A stretch of 64,000 bases of DNA from contig CAXHJY010000608.1 of the NCBI GenBank assembly GCA_964016885.1, positions 1 through 64,000 of the forward strand, given 5' to 3'. Below, piece by piece: positions 33,371 to 46,975 of this stretch. Under the pieces are notes generated by a model that had not been told where the DNA came from, made no database searches, and was given only the letters and a program-made list of their open reading frames with translations. The first letter of the stretch is position 1, and each line of letters opens with the position of its first letter. Source of the DNA: Eledone cirrhosa. Its lineage: Eukaryota. The position numbers were made by a program, and so were the translations under genes.

Positions 33371-34782
33371 ATATGTTTCTTTTATTTGCCACCAGGGCAT
33401 CAAAAGTGGGACAAGTACAAAGGGGGGAGTTTACACAAAAAGGCGTCCTCAATAAGGAGGAGGCAATAACAAAATATAAAAATAAAATAAAATATAACAA
33501 AAAATAAAATTTATAACAAAATCCTCAATAGAGAGGAGGCGCCTTGGGGGGTCGCACACACCCCCGAAAAAAGTGTGAGACCCTTTTCCTCAGGAGCACA
33601 GAGAGGGGGTGCTCCCTCGTTCCTTCCTCTTCTCCACCTACAGGCTTATGTAAAGTGAAGGCCCATTCACACGGGCCATTCTCGCCACTTTCACCCACCT
33701 TTCATAAAAACGACTGGGGTGGCGCACCTCTCTCTCCATCCTGATCCTTCTTCCGAAATGATATCGGAAGAAACGGACCAGTTGTTGGCCAGAGAGAAAG
33801 GTGCCTGACCTCAGTCCTTTCAGACGCGTCCACCATACAACCTCTTTCGCCATGGCTATTACGCACAGAAACACCGCCTCTGCTTCATCTTTGAAGGGGG
33901 GAGGCGGCTTGATCATTACAATAGACTCGGTGGTCAACCGGATCGGTCCCACCCTTGACAGCAGTTGTTTGACATAGCCCCAGAGATCGGCTACGCCCGA
34001 GCAGTGTACCAATGCGTGTGCAACGGTTTCCTCGTCGCACACGCATCTGGGACAGATCTTTTTGGCGGGGTCCCTACCCGGGCGCCCGTGTCTGTAGAGC
34101 CTTTCTCGAACGGGTAAAGCCCCTCGGTAGCACTGCCAGGCCAGGGACTTCTGGAAGTTGTCCATAGGTCCCGGGCTGAATGTCCTACCGAACAGGCTGG
34201 CCACTTCGTGTTCCTCCATGTCTAGGGCTTCTCCGAGGGTGTCGTCGCACCTGCTGCGTACCAGCCCTCTATAGAATGTTGCGGTGGAGTCTCCACTGAT
34301 AACCGGATCCGCCTGCCAGAGGGCGGTGAGCGCCTGGGCACACTCAGTGTGCCAGGCGCCCAGTTTTCTCGGTCTTTGCTTGACCCAGGATTGCAGCTCG
34401 GTGAGTGAGACGAGTCTGGGAAAGGTTCGTCTCACAAACGAGGCCCACACCGGTTGACCGGTGAGGAATACGTAGAGGTGCCGTAGCCTTAATGCGTGTT
34501 TACGCATCATTAGCCACGGCATCCCCAGCCCTCCTTTCGAAGGGTGTTGACAGCAGATGGATCTCCTCACCATAGGAGCCCGCCTCTTCCAAAGGAATTG
34601 GAAGAGTGCGCGCTCCATCTTGGTGAGGGTTTCCCTTGGGCAGGGCACTACTGTCAGGCGGTAGTAGATGACGGACGCTATGTAGGTGTTCGCCACCTCC
34701 GCCCGACCTTTCAGGGATAGTTTGCAACTGGCCCACTTCTGGGTCAGTGCAAACACCCTGTTCGTAACCTCCGCCAAGTTTT
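33371..34782 (-). mobile_element. Tx1/L1-clade LINE, 5'-truncated, open ORF2 C-terminus (33638-34777)
   Basis: LSLKGRAEVANTYIAS..., FLWK...SKGGLGMP, AWQCYRGALPVRERL, CPRC...EETVAHALVHC (zf-RVT/CCHC-type); 3'UTR with AATAAA and (TATC)n tail. Confidence 0.92.
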
Positions 34783-34786
34783 AGAT

Positions 34787-34848
<62 letters not shown>

Positions 34849-34878
34849 GAGATAGATAGATAGGAGATAGATAGATAT

Positions 34879-34915
34879 ATATGTTTCTTTATTAGCCACA
34901 GGGGTACAAAAGGGG
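34879..34915 (-). mobile_element. ~35-bp 3' stub of the same Tx1-like family
   Basis: ATGTTTCTTTATTAGCCACAGGGGTACAAA matches 33072-33103; GATA repeats on both sides. Confidence 0.8.
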
Positions 34916-35164
34916 ATAGATAGATAGGGTTGCAAGCTCTCTGACACATTGCATACTAGCGAATATGAAAACAAAATCTCCAATGCTATTTCTCATTAAA
35001 CCAGTTGGTTCATCTAACTTAAATACAATTGAAGCCATATGAAGCTTTAGAAACGTTCATTGGCATTCGAATGCTGCGGGTAATGGCTGTGGTAGCCATG
35101 GTGCGTTATTAACGATGCTGGCGGTGGAGTTAACGGTGGAAGGGGACCGTAAAATTTCCGTCGG

Positions 35165-35165
35165 T

Positions 35166-35207
<42 letters not shown>

Positions 35208-35335
35208 GTAGTAGTAGTAGCAGTAGTAGCAGCAGCAGCAGTAGAAGCAGCAGCAACAGCAGTAGTAGTAGCAGCAATAGTAGTAGTAGTAGCAGCAGCA
35301 GTAGTAGTAGTAGCAGCCGTAGTAAGAGCAGCAGC

Positions 35336-35372
<37 letters not shown>

Positions 35373-35416
35373 ATAGTAGTAGTAGGAGGGGCAGCAGCAG
35401 CAGCAGTAGTAGTAGT
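35165..35416. repeat. (TAG)n/(CAG)n compound trinucleotide repeat
   Basis: Seen directly; source of the poly-Leu/Val ORFs. Confidence 0.95.
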
Positions 35417-36407
35417 GAAGATGGAAACGGTAGCAATAGATTAGTCATCATAATAATAACAATAATATCTAAGGCTTTTTTGACCGAGAGTTGGCATCCC
35501 GACGTTTTAACATCAATCATAACACCACCATCGCTAGTACATAACTATACCGGCAGTTTATGTGAACTAATAACTGTAGCCATGGCAATAGCAATAGCAA
35601 CACAATTTACCGTCCAGCGAAGAGTGTAGAGATTGCCACAACCCCATTTCTTCCCGTTTCTTGTTCTTTCTTTCTTTCTCTCCATGTTCTTCCTTTTTTT
35701 TTGTCTTTGGCTTTCTGTGTATTTTTATATATATTTATATAATTGAATAATATGAAATTTTGAATCAATAAGATTTACTTTTTTTTTTCATTTTAATTCT
35801 TAACATCTCATCAACTTCATAGAAATAGTGTGTTTGTCTGTGTTATACGTTTCTGTGTTTCTATATGCGATTGTGTGTACATATGTGTTTTCAAGAGTGT
35901 ATTCATATCTATAACTTCATTCGTCTATATAACGATATATGATGAATCATTTTAAGACGCCTATTGATTAACGAATTTAATTATTTACTTATTAATTTAT
36001 TCCTTCATTTATATTTATCGTTGTTTAAAACATCATACGAATATCTTGTCAAACATTCTGGACTTAGAAAGATTGTTGGGGTAAATTTGCCCCTTGAATA
36101 AGATATAATATATCATTGTACAATTATTCTCTTACTTTAATGCATATAAACACACATACATAAAAACTATACAAACAAACACATAAACATATGCACACAC
36201 ATACGCACACACACACACACTGATACGCGCACACACACACATTTACGCGCGCGCACACACACACACATACACACACATATATATATATATATATTCATTT
36301 ATTGTATATAGAAATTGTCACGTATTCTCTACAATTGTAATGAGTATCTTATTCATCTGTGGTTTCTTTCCGATCCACCTCAGAAAAACGCCCTTAATGA
36401 TATATAT

Positions 36408-36414
36408 CTATATA

Positions 36415-36489
<75 letters not shown>

Positions 36490-37268
36490 ATAAAATTAAG
36501 TATGTGTGTGTGTGTCTGTGTATTACCTATAGGGGCCTACATTTTACGACCGATTTTCATGAAACTTTACAGGCTCACAGATTAGTAATTGGGGAGTGTT
36601 TTTTATATATTTTACGTTTTAAAGTGGCTTTACATTGTGGAATTTTAGTTCAGGAACGGCGTGGCAGCCGCTTAAATATTCGAAAATACCAAATTTTCGC
36701 TCAAATTTCCGCCTTTTCGGCTCTAGCTCCCACATTTTTCAACCGATTTCGTTCAAATTTGAAACTTCGGCTCCACCTCACACATAAATTAATTTATTTG
36801 GTTCAACGTTTATACTACGATAGAACCTATCATTAGCTCCCACATTTTTCAACCGATTTCGTTCAAATTCGAAATTTCGGCTCCACCTCACACATAAATC
36901 TATTTATTTGGTTCAACTTTTATACTACGATAGAACCTATCATTGCACATCTTATAGATAGTTAAAGGCAAAACGATGGCCACTGACGTCGTCTGAGCTT
37001 TTAGTTGTGTATTTGAAAATTCATGGGTTTCCAATCAAGTAGCGTGAGGAAATTTGGCTTAGAGTTAGAGGTCATTACCTCCCTCCCCCAACATGCCCCT
37101 TCGTCAGTCACCCGCGTTTCTCAGTGATAGAGGTCATCACCACCCTCCCCCGCATGGCTTGTGTGTGGCCATAGATGAGTCATCGAGAAGCTGTCGCTAG
37201 GATCAACACCATTTCATCAAAGCAGATATTATTTTACCTACCCAGGCAATGCTGGGTACTGCTGCTGG
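36408..37268 (+). mobile_element. Non-autonomous Helitron
   Basis: 5' TCTATAT...ATAAAA then a GT microsatellite and ACCGATTTTCATGAAAC; 3' hairpin TACCCAG-gcaatg-CTGGGTA (37239-37258) then CTGG|T (CTRR end); no TIR or TSD. 5' end approximate. Confidence 0.75.
36724..36943 (+). repeat. 110-bp tandem duplication inside the Helitron
   Basis: 36724-36833 and 36834-36943 differ at only a few positions. Confidence 0.95.
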
Positions 37269-37280
37269 TATATATATATA

Positions 37281-37473
37281 AGTCGATCGACTTTCGTCAA
37301 ATCGGACCGAGAAAACAATGTTTCCGTTGGTATTTCCAATTGCTAATACTCTCTATCGGTCGCAACTCCCGGTAGAAGGAGCAACGTGAAATAAAGTGTC
37401 TTGCCCAAGGGCATAACGCATCACCTGGTCCGAGAATCGAACTCACAATTCGCTAACCACTCAGCCACGCGCC
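37281..37473 (-). mobile_element. CORE-type SINE (family of 4954-5170)
   Basis: Alignable end to end with 4954-5166, with a deletion in the tRNA head. Confidence 0.82.
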
Positions 37474-37479
37474 TTTACT

Positions 37480-37561
<82 letters not shown>

Positions 37562-37663
37562 GTGTGGTAGGTAATTCCGAAGGAAAAGCAAAGGAAAAAA
37601 AGAGTGCTCTATGTATAGAACAGAGCTATTTAATTAGAAAGTGAACAACACAAAATATAATTA

Positions 37664-37728
37664 CTCCATGACCAAAGGTTTCTGGATCACAGACGATAAT
37701 ATACGTCTGGATTGGCCGTCAGACAGAG
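37664..37728 (-). ncRNA. Hammerhead motif HHR-C (A9>G)
   Basis: ctctgt CTGACGG ccaatc cagacg-tatattat-cgtctg tgatcca GAAA cc-ttt-gg TC atggag; GUC triplet. Confidence 0.5.
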
Positions 37729-37816
37729 ATGTTATAAATAAAAGATATGATGAAATGAGATTTTTAACAGATACTAATTCTCATTTCATATCTTTTATCT
37801 ATATTATCTATAACAT

Positions 37817-37884
37817 CTCTGTCTGACGACCAATCCAGGCGTATATTATTATCGTCTATGATCCAGAAACCTTTGGTAATGGAG
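37817..37884 (+). ncRNA. Hammerhead motif HHR-B
   Basis: ctctgt CTGACGA (37823) ...aggcg/cgtct stem II... GAAA (37866) cc-ttt-gg TA atggag; GUA triplet; base of stem II unpaired. Confidence 0.55.
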
Positions 37885-38104
37885 TAATTATATTTTGTGT
37901 TGTTCACTTTCTAATTATATATATATATATTGTTATATTTGGTATTAGTAGTTCGTCAAAGTACTTTCGTCACTCAATTTCTGACCTTTTTAAATACTAT
38001 TTATTCTATACTGTGCCTCCTCTTCTGGTCTTAATTATTTACTCACTGACAGTAAACGATTCATATCTGAACGAATAGGAGAAACATATGAGAACAAATA
38101 GTCA

Positions 38105-38440
38105 TTGAGGTCACAGAATGTGTTCACGAGTGATTGAAGGCAGCTGGCTGAATTAAGGGCAAGAATTGCAGAAGCTGGTGAAGTAATGGGTCGGTTTGAG
38201 CATTCGTTATTCAGAAAAACGGAGGCAGGTGTAAAGCTAAACTCGCTATCTTCAATTCTGTATTCGTGGCAAGCCTTACCCATGGTTACGAAGCCAAATA
38301 GTTGGATAACATCCATGAACTTGTCTGGTGTCGCTTAGGTTTCCAGCCGGATTAGTTGGAGACGGTTTCTCCTGAGGTCTCACTGGAAGGAATATTTGAG
38401 GACTCTGCACCCACGACCCTCCAAGTAAGAAGTGGGCGAA

Positions 38441-38472
<32 letters not shown>

Positions 38473-38500
38473 AGAAGGAGGAGGAGGAGGGGGGAGGAGT
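38105..38500 (+). mobile_element. RTE-clade LINE remnant with internal deletions, (GAA)n/(GGA)n tail
   Basis: RIAEAGEVMGRFEHSLFRK...KLAIFNSVFVASL; 3' end GAGGACTCTGCACCCACGA..GTAAGAAGTGGG shared with 42424-42461. Confidence 0.75.
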
Positions 38501-39953
38501 AGGTACATGTACATTATAAGCTAATATTTTTTTCTTGATTTTATCTATGCGAATGTTGTCATATAAGCCACCAAATATGGTAAATTAGATACCAGGTAAC
38601 ATACAAATTAAAATTCGAACTACTCGAACTGAAAAACATAAAGTTGCATAACTAATTACTTTCTCCGTCATTAGATTGTCCACGAACATTGGTGATTCAT
38701 TTGACAGATTATATGTTATTATGAAGGAATGTTGATGGAAAGATACCATGATGAGTTCCTCAAAGACAGAGAAAAGCAAACACAAATATGCGAATGCGCA
38801 TGTACACACTCAAACACATATATTCACACACACACACTCACACATACATAATCACACAGGCACACACACATAAATAATCACACAGGCACACACACATACA
38901 TAATCAAACAGGCACACAAACATATAAACAAGCACACAGGCACACATACATAATCACACAAGCACACATGCAAGCACTCACATATACATAGGTCCATATT
39001 CACCTTGACACACCTCACACATCCATTGTATTCACAATAAATGTATACTTATCTCTATAAGATATTTTCAATATCTCTCTCTTAATGTGTCTTTTTCTGT
39101 TTCTACGTTTATTGTACACATTTTTCTCACTCTCTCACTCTCTCCTCTATCTTTCTACAAGTAAGCATACTTCTCGTTCTTTTTCTCTCTACATCTATTT
39201 TCCTCCATTATTTTTCATTTTCCTCCCTCCACCCATCGTCTCTCTCTCTCTCTCAAGCACTATCTATCCTTCTTTCTATTTACATTCTTTCCTACCCATC
39301 TTTCTCCGTATTTCTCCATCCTTTGTATCATGCACACTTCCCATTATATCTATCGTCACAAAATTGTTTACTGTATAACCAGCACCTATTAACCACAATT
39401 TGCTCACCTTTATCCCCAAACATCAAAAGTATACAAAATGTACCATAAAGTACTTATTTGTACAAATTCAATATACATTTAAGTAAATGGAAAGTAAATC
39501 ACACGACTGACACTTTTTCCTTCTCATCTCTTTCCCTCCGTCTATATATACATAACTCTCTCTTTCTCTCACCTCATACGCCCGTGTCTCTCTGACTACC
39601 GCATTCTGTTTTCATCCTTATGACGTATTCGTGTCTCTCTATATGTATATACCTTCTCCCTGTTTTTGCTTCTTACTCTCGGGCCCTCTTTGTTTCCCCA
39701 GAGGTGTGTTTCTGCATGCAATCATTTCTATGTAACACACATAGTTAAGCAAATACACACACACTCGCGTACCTATACATAAACTCATGCAGTCATACCC
39801 GAAGCGATCAAAATAATCGAAAGAGATGTATAAACTTGTAAATTTAGTTTTATTAGCACATTAGTTTCCACACACGCACGCACACACACACACACACACA
39901 CACGCACACACACACACGCGCGCGCACACACCCACACACATACATATATATAT

Positions 39954-40267
<314 letters not shown>

Positions 40268-40817
40268 CTCACACTCACACACGTGGAGAGAGAAGAAATG
40301 CGTTAAAAAAAACAAGAAAAACAAACAAAAATGCTAAGAGTACAAACAAACAAAAAGTATCTAATAACCATGTGTATATGAACTTGTAATAAGAGAGTGT
40401 CAAAGTTTACATAGAGTGGAACCATATGCGCATTTTTAGACACACTGCTGCTCGGCATGTACTGGCAGGATGGCTAGATAGTTATGCTTCTGTGTGTGTC
40501 TGTTAGAATATGTAGTATGTTTCACAAGTTATGTAGGAAGCCTCGCTATTGCGTGGCATAGAGTTGGATGCCTCACTGATTTCCTTTTAACGTTGATTAT
40601 TATAGCGCCCCAACTAGTTGGTTAGAACATGATGTAATATTATACTAGCTATATTCATACATACATACACAGTAAGACCAACATTTATGTATACACAAAA
40701 GTTGAAGCAGCAACACAGAAATTAACGGGAAATGCGTGCGTATATGTGTATGAATGTATACATTTATTTACATTAATGTATATGTATGTGGTGATTTATA
40801 CATACATACACACACAT

Positions 40818-40854
<37 letters not shown>

Positions 40855-41559
40855 ATACTAAATGTTTTGGGAAGAAAAAATAAAAGGCGACACAATGCAA
40901 TGACTGAATAGATGAATCAATTCTCGTATAAAGTTAGTTTGCATGAGCAACCACTGAAAGTTCGCATGATTTGTAACACAGTGTGGCAGGTTGCTTCTAC
41001 TTTAGCATCGAGTCGAATCAAACACTGTGAGTGAAAGTTGATAAAGGTAAAATGTGTGGATTCCTTTGGCGGGGAATAAACTTGTTATCTCAAGGTACAT
41101 CCTTGTCACAGAGTTTCAGGCGGGTATTATGTTACGAGTACGCGTGTGGAAAAATGTGCACATTAATGTAATGAATAGCTAATATGTATATATATTTTAT
41201 GAGGTTGATACTCCCATAATTAATTGATTTTGATTAAGTTGTAGTTTTGGTGAGCGAATGTTAACTTTCTTCTTAACTTCCAGACATTAACGGTGATTGA
41301 ACCGGCTAAATTTCAAGCAAAAAACACACGTGCATTTATTAGCTGTAACATTACTGGTCTTCCTGGCGTCAATACCAACACAATTCAATTTATTTTAATT
41401 CTCCAATATATATTTGTCAGACAAGCTAACTGAAGAGGATCATTTGTCTTAATTTATTAATTAACCATTTTAATTATTGTAATTGTCTCTATATGAATGT
41501 CCGAGTATTTGTGTTCGGATAAACGGTGCTAAATTGAAACCAATCGATATGAGAGTCTG

Positions 41560-42549
41560 ACTCCGACATGTGTGGGTACTGTCACCATTCCTGTTCATTA
41601 TATGTTCATGAACAGGATTGATATGCGCAACCGAGTCGGAAGTGGTACCCCGACTGGGAGGAGTAAAAACAGTCGGCTGGAATTTGCAGAGAACATAGTG
41701 TTTCTTAACTGGAAAAAGGATGATCTCCGAGTTGCACTTGATAGGTTTGTTGCCGAGTGCTGCATTGCTTGAACGAAAATGAGTGCTGGGAAAACTAAGA
41801 CAGTCGTCCTCGCAAGGAACCCTGTGGAGGACACTATATATGTAAGTGGATTTCCACTAAAGCAGATGGAGAAGGTCAAGTATCTCAGAACTGAGTTCAT
41901 GAGGGATGGAGGTATGAGGCGAAATTATGTGCATGAATTGCAGAAGCTAGTGCAGTAATGTGCCAGTTACATCATTCGGTAATCAGAAGATTTGAGGCAG
42001 GTGTAAACGCTACCTTCAATTCGGTATTCCTGATAACCCTTACACATGGTCACGAATCTCTTGTAATGATCGAAAGCATACGATCGCGAATACAAGCGGC
42101 AGAAAGGGGGTTCCTCAGGAGTGTCTAATGAATAACTGTACTATATTAAATGCATATCTCGGGGATCAGAAATTCATCCCAAGTAGAGCCACTACCTTTC
42201 CTAATTGGGAGATCAAAAATCCTATAGTATGGGCCTGTTGTTAGAATGTCTCGGGAACTAATCGCTGGTCAAATTTTACGAAAACAACAAGCAGGAGACA
42301 AAGCATTATACTCCGCGCCAAATGGTTGTATAACATCCATTAGCTTGGGTGGTATTGCTTGGGTATCCAACCGTATCAGTTGATGATGGTTGCTTCTGAC
42401 AGGATTTGCCGGAAGGAATATTTGAGGACTCTGCACCCACGAGCCTTTTAGTAAGAAGTGGGAGGAGGAGGAGGAGGAGGAGGAGGAGGAGGAGGAGGAG
42501 GAGGAGGAGGAGGAGGAGGAGGAGGAGGAGGAGGAGGAGGAGGAGGAGA
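41560..42549 (+). mobile_element. Decayed RTE-clade LINE (RT to 3' end) with (GGA)n tail
   Basis: FMNRIDM..., ALDRFVAEC, KTKTVVLARNP, LKQMEKVKYL, HGHESLVMIESIRSRIQAAERGFLR; stops and frameshifts. Confidence 0.85.
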
Positions 42550-42767
42550 TTTTATTTTTCATTGAAAAATCAATGAAAAATAAAATATTCTTCTTATAAT
42601 TATTATTATTAATCATGGAGATATTTATGGTATATTAAAATTGAGTTATATGTAGTCATATATATATATGATTCTCTCTCTATCTCTCTCTCTCATTATC
42701 TGTCTATCTCTCTCTACATATATATGTACACACACACACATACACATATATATATATGTATATACTA

Positions 42768-42808
<41 letters not shown>

Positions 42809-43124
42809 GTTGCATACATATGCATATATACATACATATAAGCATAGACCCCAATTTCCATAACCCGGGGCATGTACAAATACGTACATAGAGGCACACA
42901 TATAAGATTATACACTCATAGATAAAAAAAAATGTAGACAGGCACACAGGCCGAGCAACTGTGATTAATAGTTGTATATCATGTATAGTGTGTAATGTAC
43001 TTTAAATATTGAAGAACTGGAATTAGATATGACAGCAACTTTCACAGCAATGTATTTTTCCAGTCCTTTAATCTTCTTTACGTACATAGATACATGCACA
43101 CACACACACAAACACACACACACT

Positions 43125-43188
<64 letters not shown>

Positions 43189-43190
43189 TG

Positions 43191-43239
<49 letters not shown>

Positions 43240-43511
43240 TATATACATATAAATATATGTATGTGTGCGTGTGTATATGAATGCGCGTGTGTGCGTGTTT
43301 ACACAGATCTGTATAAATATATGTGCACACAGGTACAGTTATACAGACAGATTTATATTTACATTTCCAGCCAATGTCAAGCATAAATTATACATTTGTA
43401 AATATGGTAAAACCCACATATATAAGACAAACTTAAATATATGAACACACATACATACATACAATCATACATACATACATACATACATACATACATACAT
43501 ACATACATACA

Positions 43512-43543
<32 letters not shown>

Positions 43544-43558
43544 CATATATATCGCTGC

Positions 43559-43638
<80 letters not shown>

Positions 43639-44060
43639 ACATAGTACACTAATGCACCTATATCTAGCTTTCTACCACCTCCTCTCTGTTTTTATTTCTG
43701 TGTATATTGTGTCTCTTCGTCTGTGTCTATACCTTTGTCTATGTGTGTGTATGTGTTCGTATTTCTGTTAGTTTTGAAGTCAGGACATCCTTTTCGTTGA
43801 ATATGAGTTTGACGAACGTAAGCCATGTTGGAATCGATTAAGATCTATTAAAGATGCATATCCCCACTTCATATTTAAAGTTGGAGCTACTTAGAAGAAA
43901 TTTCTTTTGACGTAAATGGTGTTCGACGATTGTCAATATTAGACATAATAGACATGTGTATATATACATATATATATATATATTATATATATATTTACAT
44001 GTGAGTGTGTGTGTGTATATATATATATATATACATAATTATGAACATACATAGTACAGG

Positions 44061-44116
<56 letters not shown>

Positions 44117-44739
44117 CACACAAACTTACATAACAACATACATACCTACATACATATTCAATTTAAAATAAATTGATCTCAAATAGCCGTCAACAAATGG
44201 CGTTGTTTTAGTAAGAGCTGCCATTTGTTATTTTGTGCTGTCACATCCAATAATAATTCTCTGACCTTCTATATGTTTGTAGAACCACAACCTAGACATC
44301 AGCTTTTAACTGATTATCTTCAGGTCTTTCGTATAACTAGTATTGTGTTTTTATTGGTTATACCAATGTCTTTGCTCATGTTGCTGTCGTTGACGTTAAA
44401 GTTATTCCAGTTGTGACCATCTTGTATATCTGTACTTTATTCTCGACATTTTTTTAATATATTCCTTCCATTATGAAGGAGGAGTTTCAGGGATATATAT
44501 TGGATAAGTGACTGAAAGGAGGCTTTCCCACTGGCTCGTTAAACTCTGATTAAGCAAATCAACTCTGATCAATCAGATCTAAGATCAAAGTAATCTGGGA
44601 ATGACTGAGTTTTATTTTTAGGCAATGCATCAGGAATTGATTCACTGATTCTGTACGTTTTGAAGATGACAAAATAATGTCTAGGCGTGATTCGGTTGCT
44701 GTTTTCATTACATTGAATATTTATGTAGAGTAACGATCT

Positions 44740-45125
44740 CAAAAAGGACATCATATTTGGGACATTGTGAGTTAATGGTACCAACGTTCTCTGCCAAGGT
44801 AGCAAGCCTCTTTCTACCAGTACCATCCACAACTACGACCTGGAGGTAGTCCACGAATTCATCTACCTCGGCTCTGCCATCATTGAAAACGTCGCCCTGG
44901 AGCTCGGGATCAACAGGCGAGTTGAACAACCAATCTCCACATTTGCCATGTTGCCCGAGTTTGGAAGACCAAAATCTGACTACGAACTATATTGCTGTCT
45001 TCAGGGGGTGCGTCTTCTGCACTCTACCTTCTGCCATAGAGACTCTACTCTAGATAGGAGCGGCGTCTGAACGTCTTCCACCGGAGACACATTTTCAACA
45101 TCAAGTGAACCGACCGAGTTACCAA
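44740..45125 (+). mobile_element. Decayed RTE-BovB-like LINE fragment
   Basis: TNVLCQG...TIHNYDLEVVHEFIYLGSAI.ENVALELGINRR. Confidence 0.78.
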
Positions 45126-46242
45126 ATCTATCTATACATGCATACGTTGATTTGATCCGTCAATATTTCCAGTTATGTTAAACACATAGGCAGATTATAG
45201 GGAGATGTTTGCTGCCATATCAAAACCCACCAAATATGGTATCATTTTTGAATTGCAGTTGTTTAAAATGTTAACACTTTCACAAGTTCATCATATTTTG
45301 ATATGCTAACTGATTATTGGTTCATTAGTAAGATTCATTCACTAGAGGAGGAGGAATACGCGTAGTGAAATAGGGAAAAATATTTCCATGATTTTATGCT
45401 CACAATATCAAATACGTTTGAAGAAAATTTAAACTGCGGGACCGCCTTCGCTCCCAAAAAACAAAACCAATCAACAACAACAAAACAATCTAACCAAATA
45501 TTGGCCTAAAAAGAAAACACGATCTACCGTGAACATTTCAATACTTTGATAGTTTCAGATTTATCCTGAGATAAGATTACCTCCGTATTTCTCGTTAAAA
45601 TTGTTAACAGTTGTAATGAGGATTTAATAGGCGATACATGTATAATACATATTTCCTAAAATAAAATACCAAATGTATTACACATATATCGTATATTATT
45701 AATGTAATATGATGAATTTACAAGATCAAAAAGCAAGTTTGAACATAAACTTGAGAACTACGGATGTAGAGGCTACACCATTGGACATTAAACTGCAATT
45801 AGCTCTCAGAGATTTTCTGTCAAACTATTTGCAATTCTCCTCTGGCAAGATATGAAGGGACCTTCTCAAATCCAAAAATAGAAAGCGTTACGCATTTCTG
45901 CAAAATATTTGAAACGTCAAACCATATACGAAGTAAAATAAAGAAAAAGAGATAAACATCAGGGGTGGCTGTGTGGTTTAGAAATCTGATACGTACTCAT
46001 GGGATTACAGATATGATCCAATAACATGACATTTTAAACAATTGGCATGTGTGTAGCATTGGATTGAGCAATACCACTTTCATTTTCACTTCAATGTGGT
46101 GGGACACTGTGTTATATGATATATAAATATATATAAAGAGATGCAAGAGATGTCAACATGAATGGACCTGTTATTTTTATCTAAATACATTTTTCCCAAT
46201 TCAAACCCGCCCGTCCCCTCAATCTATAGAATTTCTCATTCT

Positions 46243-46280
46243 TTCTTCTGATGAAGGGCTAGCGTCCGAACGCTAAGACC
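46243..46280 (+). ncRNA. Decayed minimal hammerhead HHR-F (Penelope-like)
   Basis: tctt CTGATGA a gggc-tagc-gtcc GAA cgc TA aga; one A of GAAA is missing. Confidence 0.5.
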
Positions 46281-46371
46281 CTCTTCCTGCTATATCAAGC
46301 GTTAACCTAACATATCCCTTCCATATACTGTACCGAATGTGTTGTTATTTCTGTTTACCTTTTACTCACAT

Positions 46372-46403
<32 letters not shown>

Positions 46404-46404
<1 letters not shown>

Positions 46405-46928
46405 CATGTATTATAAACAACTTGAATATGTCTACAAGTACATTGTACCTGTTGAAGTATCCATCCACTTCTATAATTATTCTCCTTATGTAGAGAACAA
46501 AACGTTGAATAATGCTGCTAATTTTAGTGCCAATTCGACATGTTTATAATATCCAGCTTTTATCAGCGACCTGATTTGCGTGTGTGTCATTTTAACGGCT
46601 TGACCGCATGCGTTGGGCAGGGAGCATAATATTTACTTGCCATTAGGCTAGATACCTTATGGCGTGGAAATAGGGCTGTCTGAAGTTTCATTTCTTTCCA
46701 TTGGAAATTCGTTGGATTTTCAATCTTTCGGAATGATGAAACCGTCGGTAACAGCGTCTGAACAGGTGATTATTTAATCATTTTTTTTATTTATTTAGAA
46801 AATTGTTTAATAACCGTTTGGTTCGCTACTTTTATATTGTTCTGGTATCTCGAATTAGTGCCATTGAACCACATGTATTATAAACAACTTGAATATTTCT
46901 ACAAGTACATTGTACCTATTGAAGTATC
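46404..46928 (+). mobile_element. Retrozyme-like unit: 467-bp monomer with 58-bp terminal direct repeat and internal hammerhead
   Basis: 46404-46461 equals 46871-46928 (2 mismatches); (TA)n on both sides; HHR-G inside. Confidence 0.7.
46675..46755 (+). ncRNA. Hammerhead HHR-G (A9>U)
   Basis: Stem I gctgt/acagc; CTGAAGT (46680); stem II tcatttc/ggaatga plus attggaaattc/ggattttcaat; GAAA (46738); ccgtcgg; GUA triplet. Confidence 0.68.
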
Positions 46929-46975
46929 TATCTATATATATATATATAGAAGTGGTTACACAACAGTTAGTTCAC

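Larger units (their letters stand above)
37631..37917. repeat. Long inverted repeat (~135-bp arms) carrying two opposed hammerhead motifs
   Basis: TAATTAGAAAGTGAACAACACAAAA... mirrored by ...TTTTGTGTTGTTCACTTTCTAATTA; (TA)n nearby on both sides. Confidence 0.92.
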
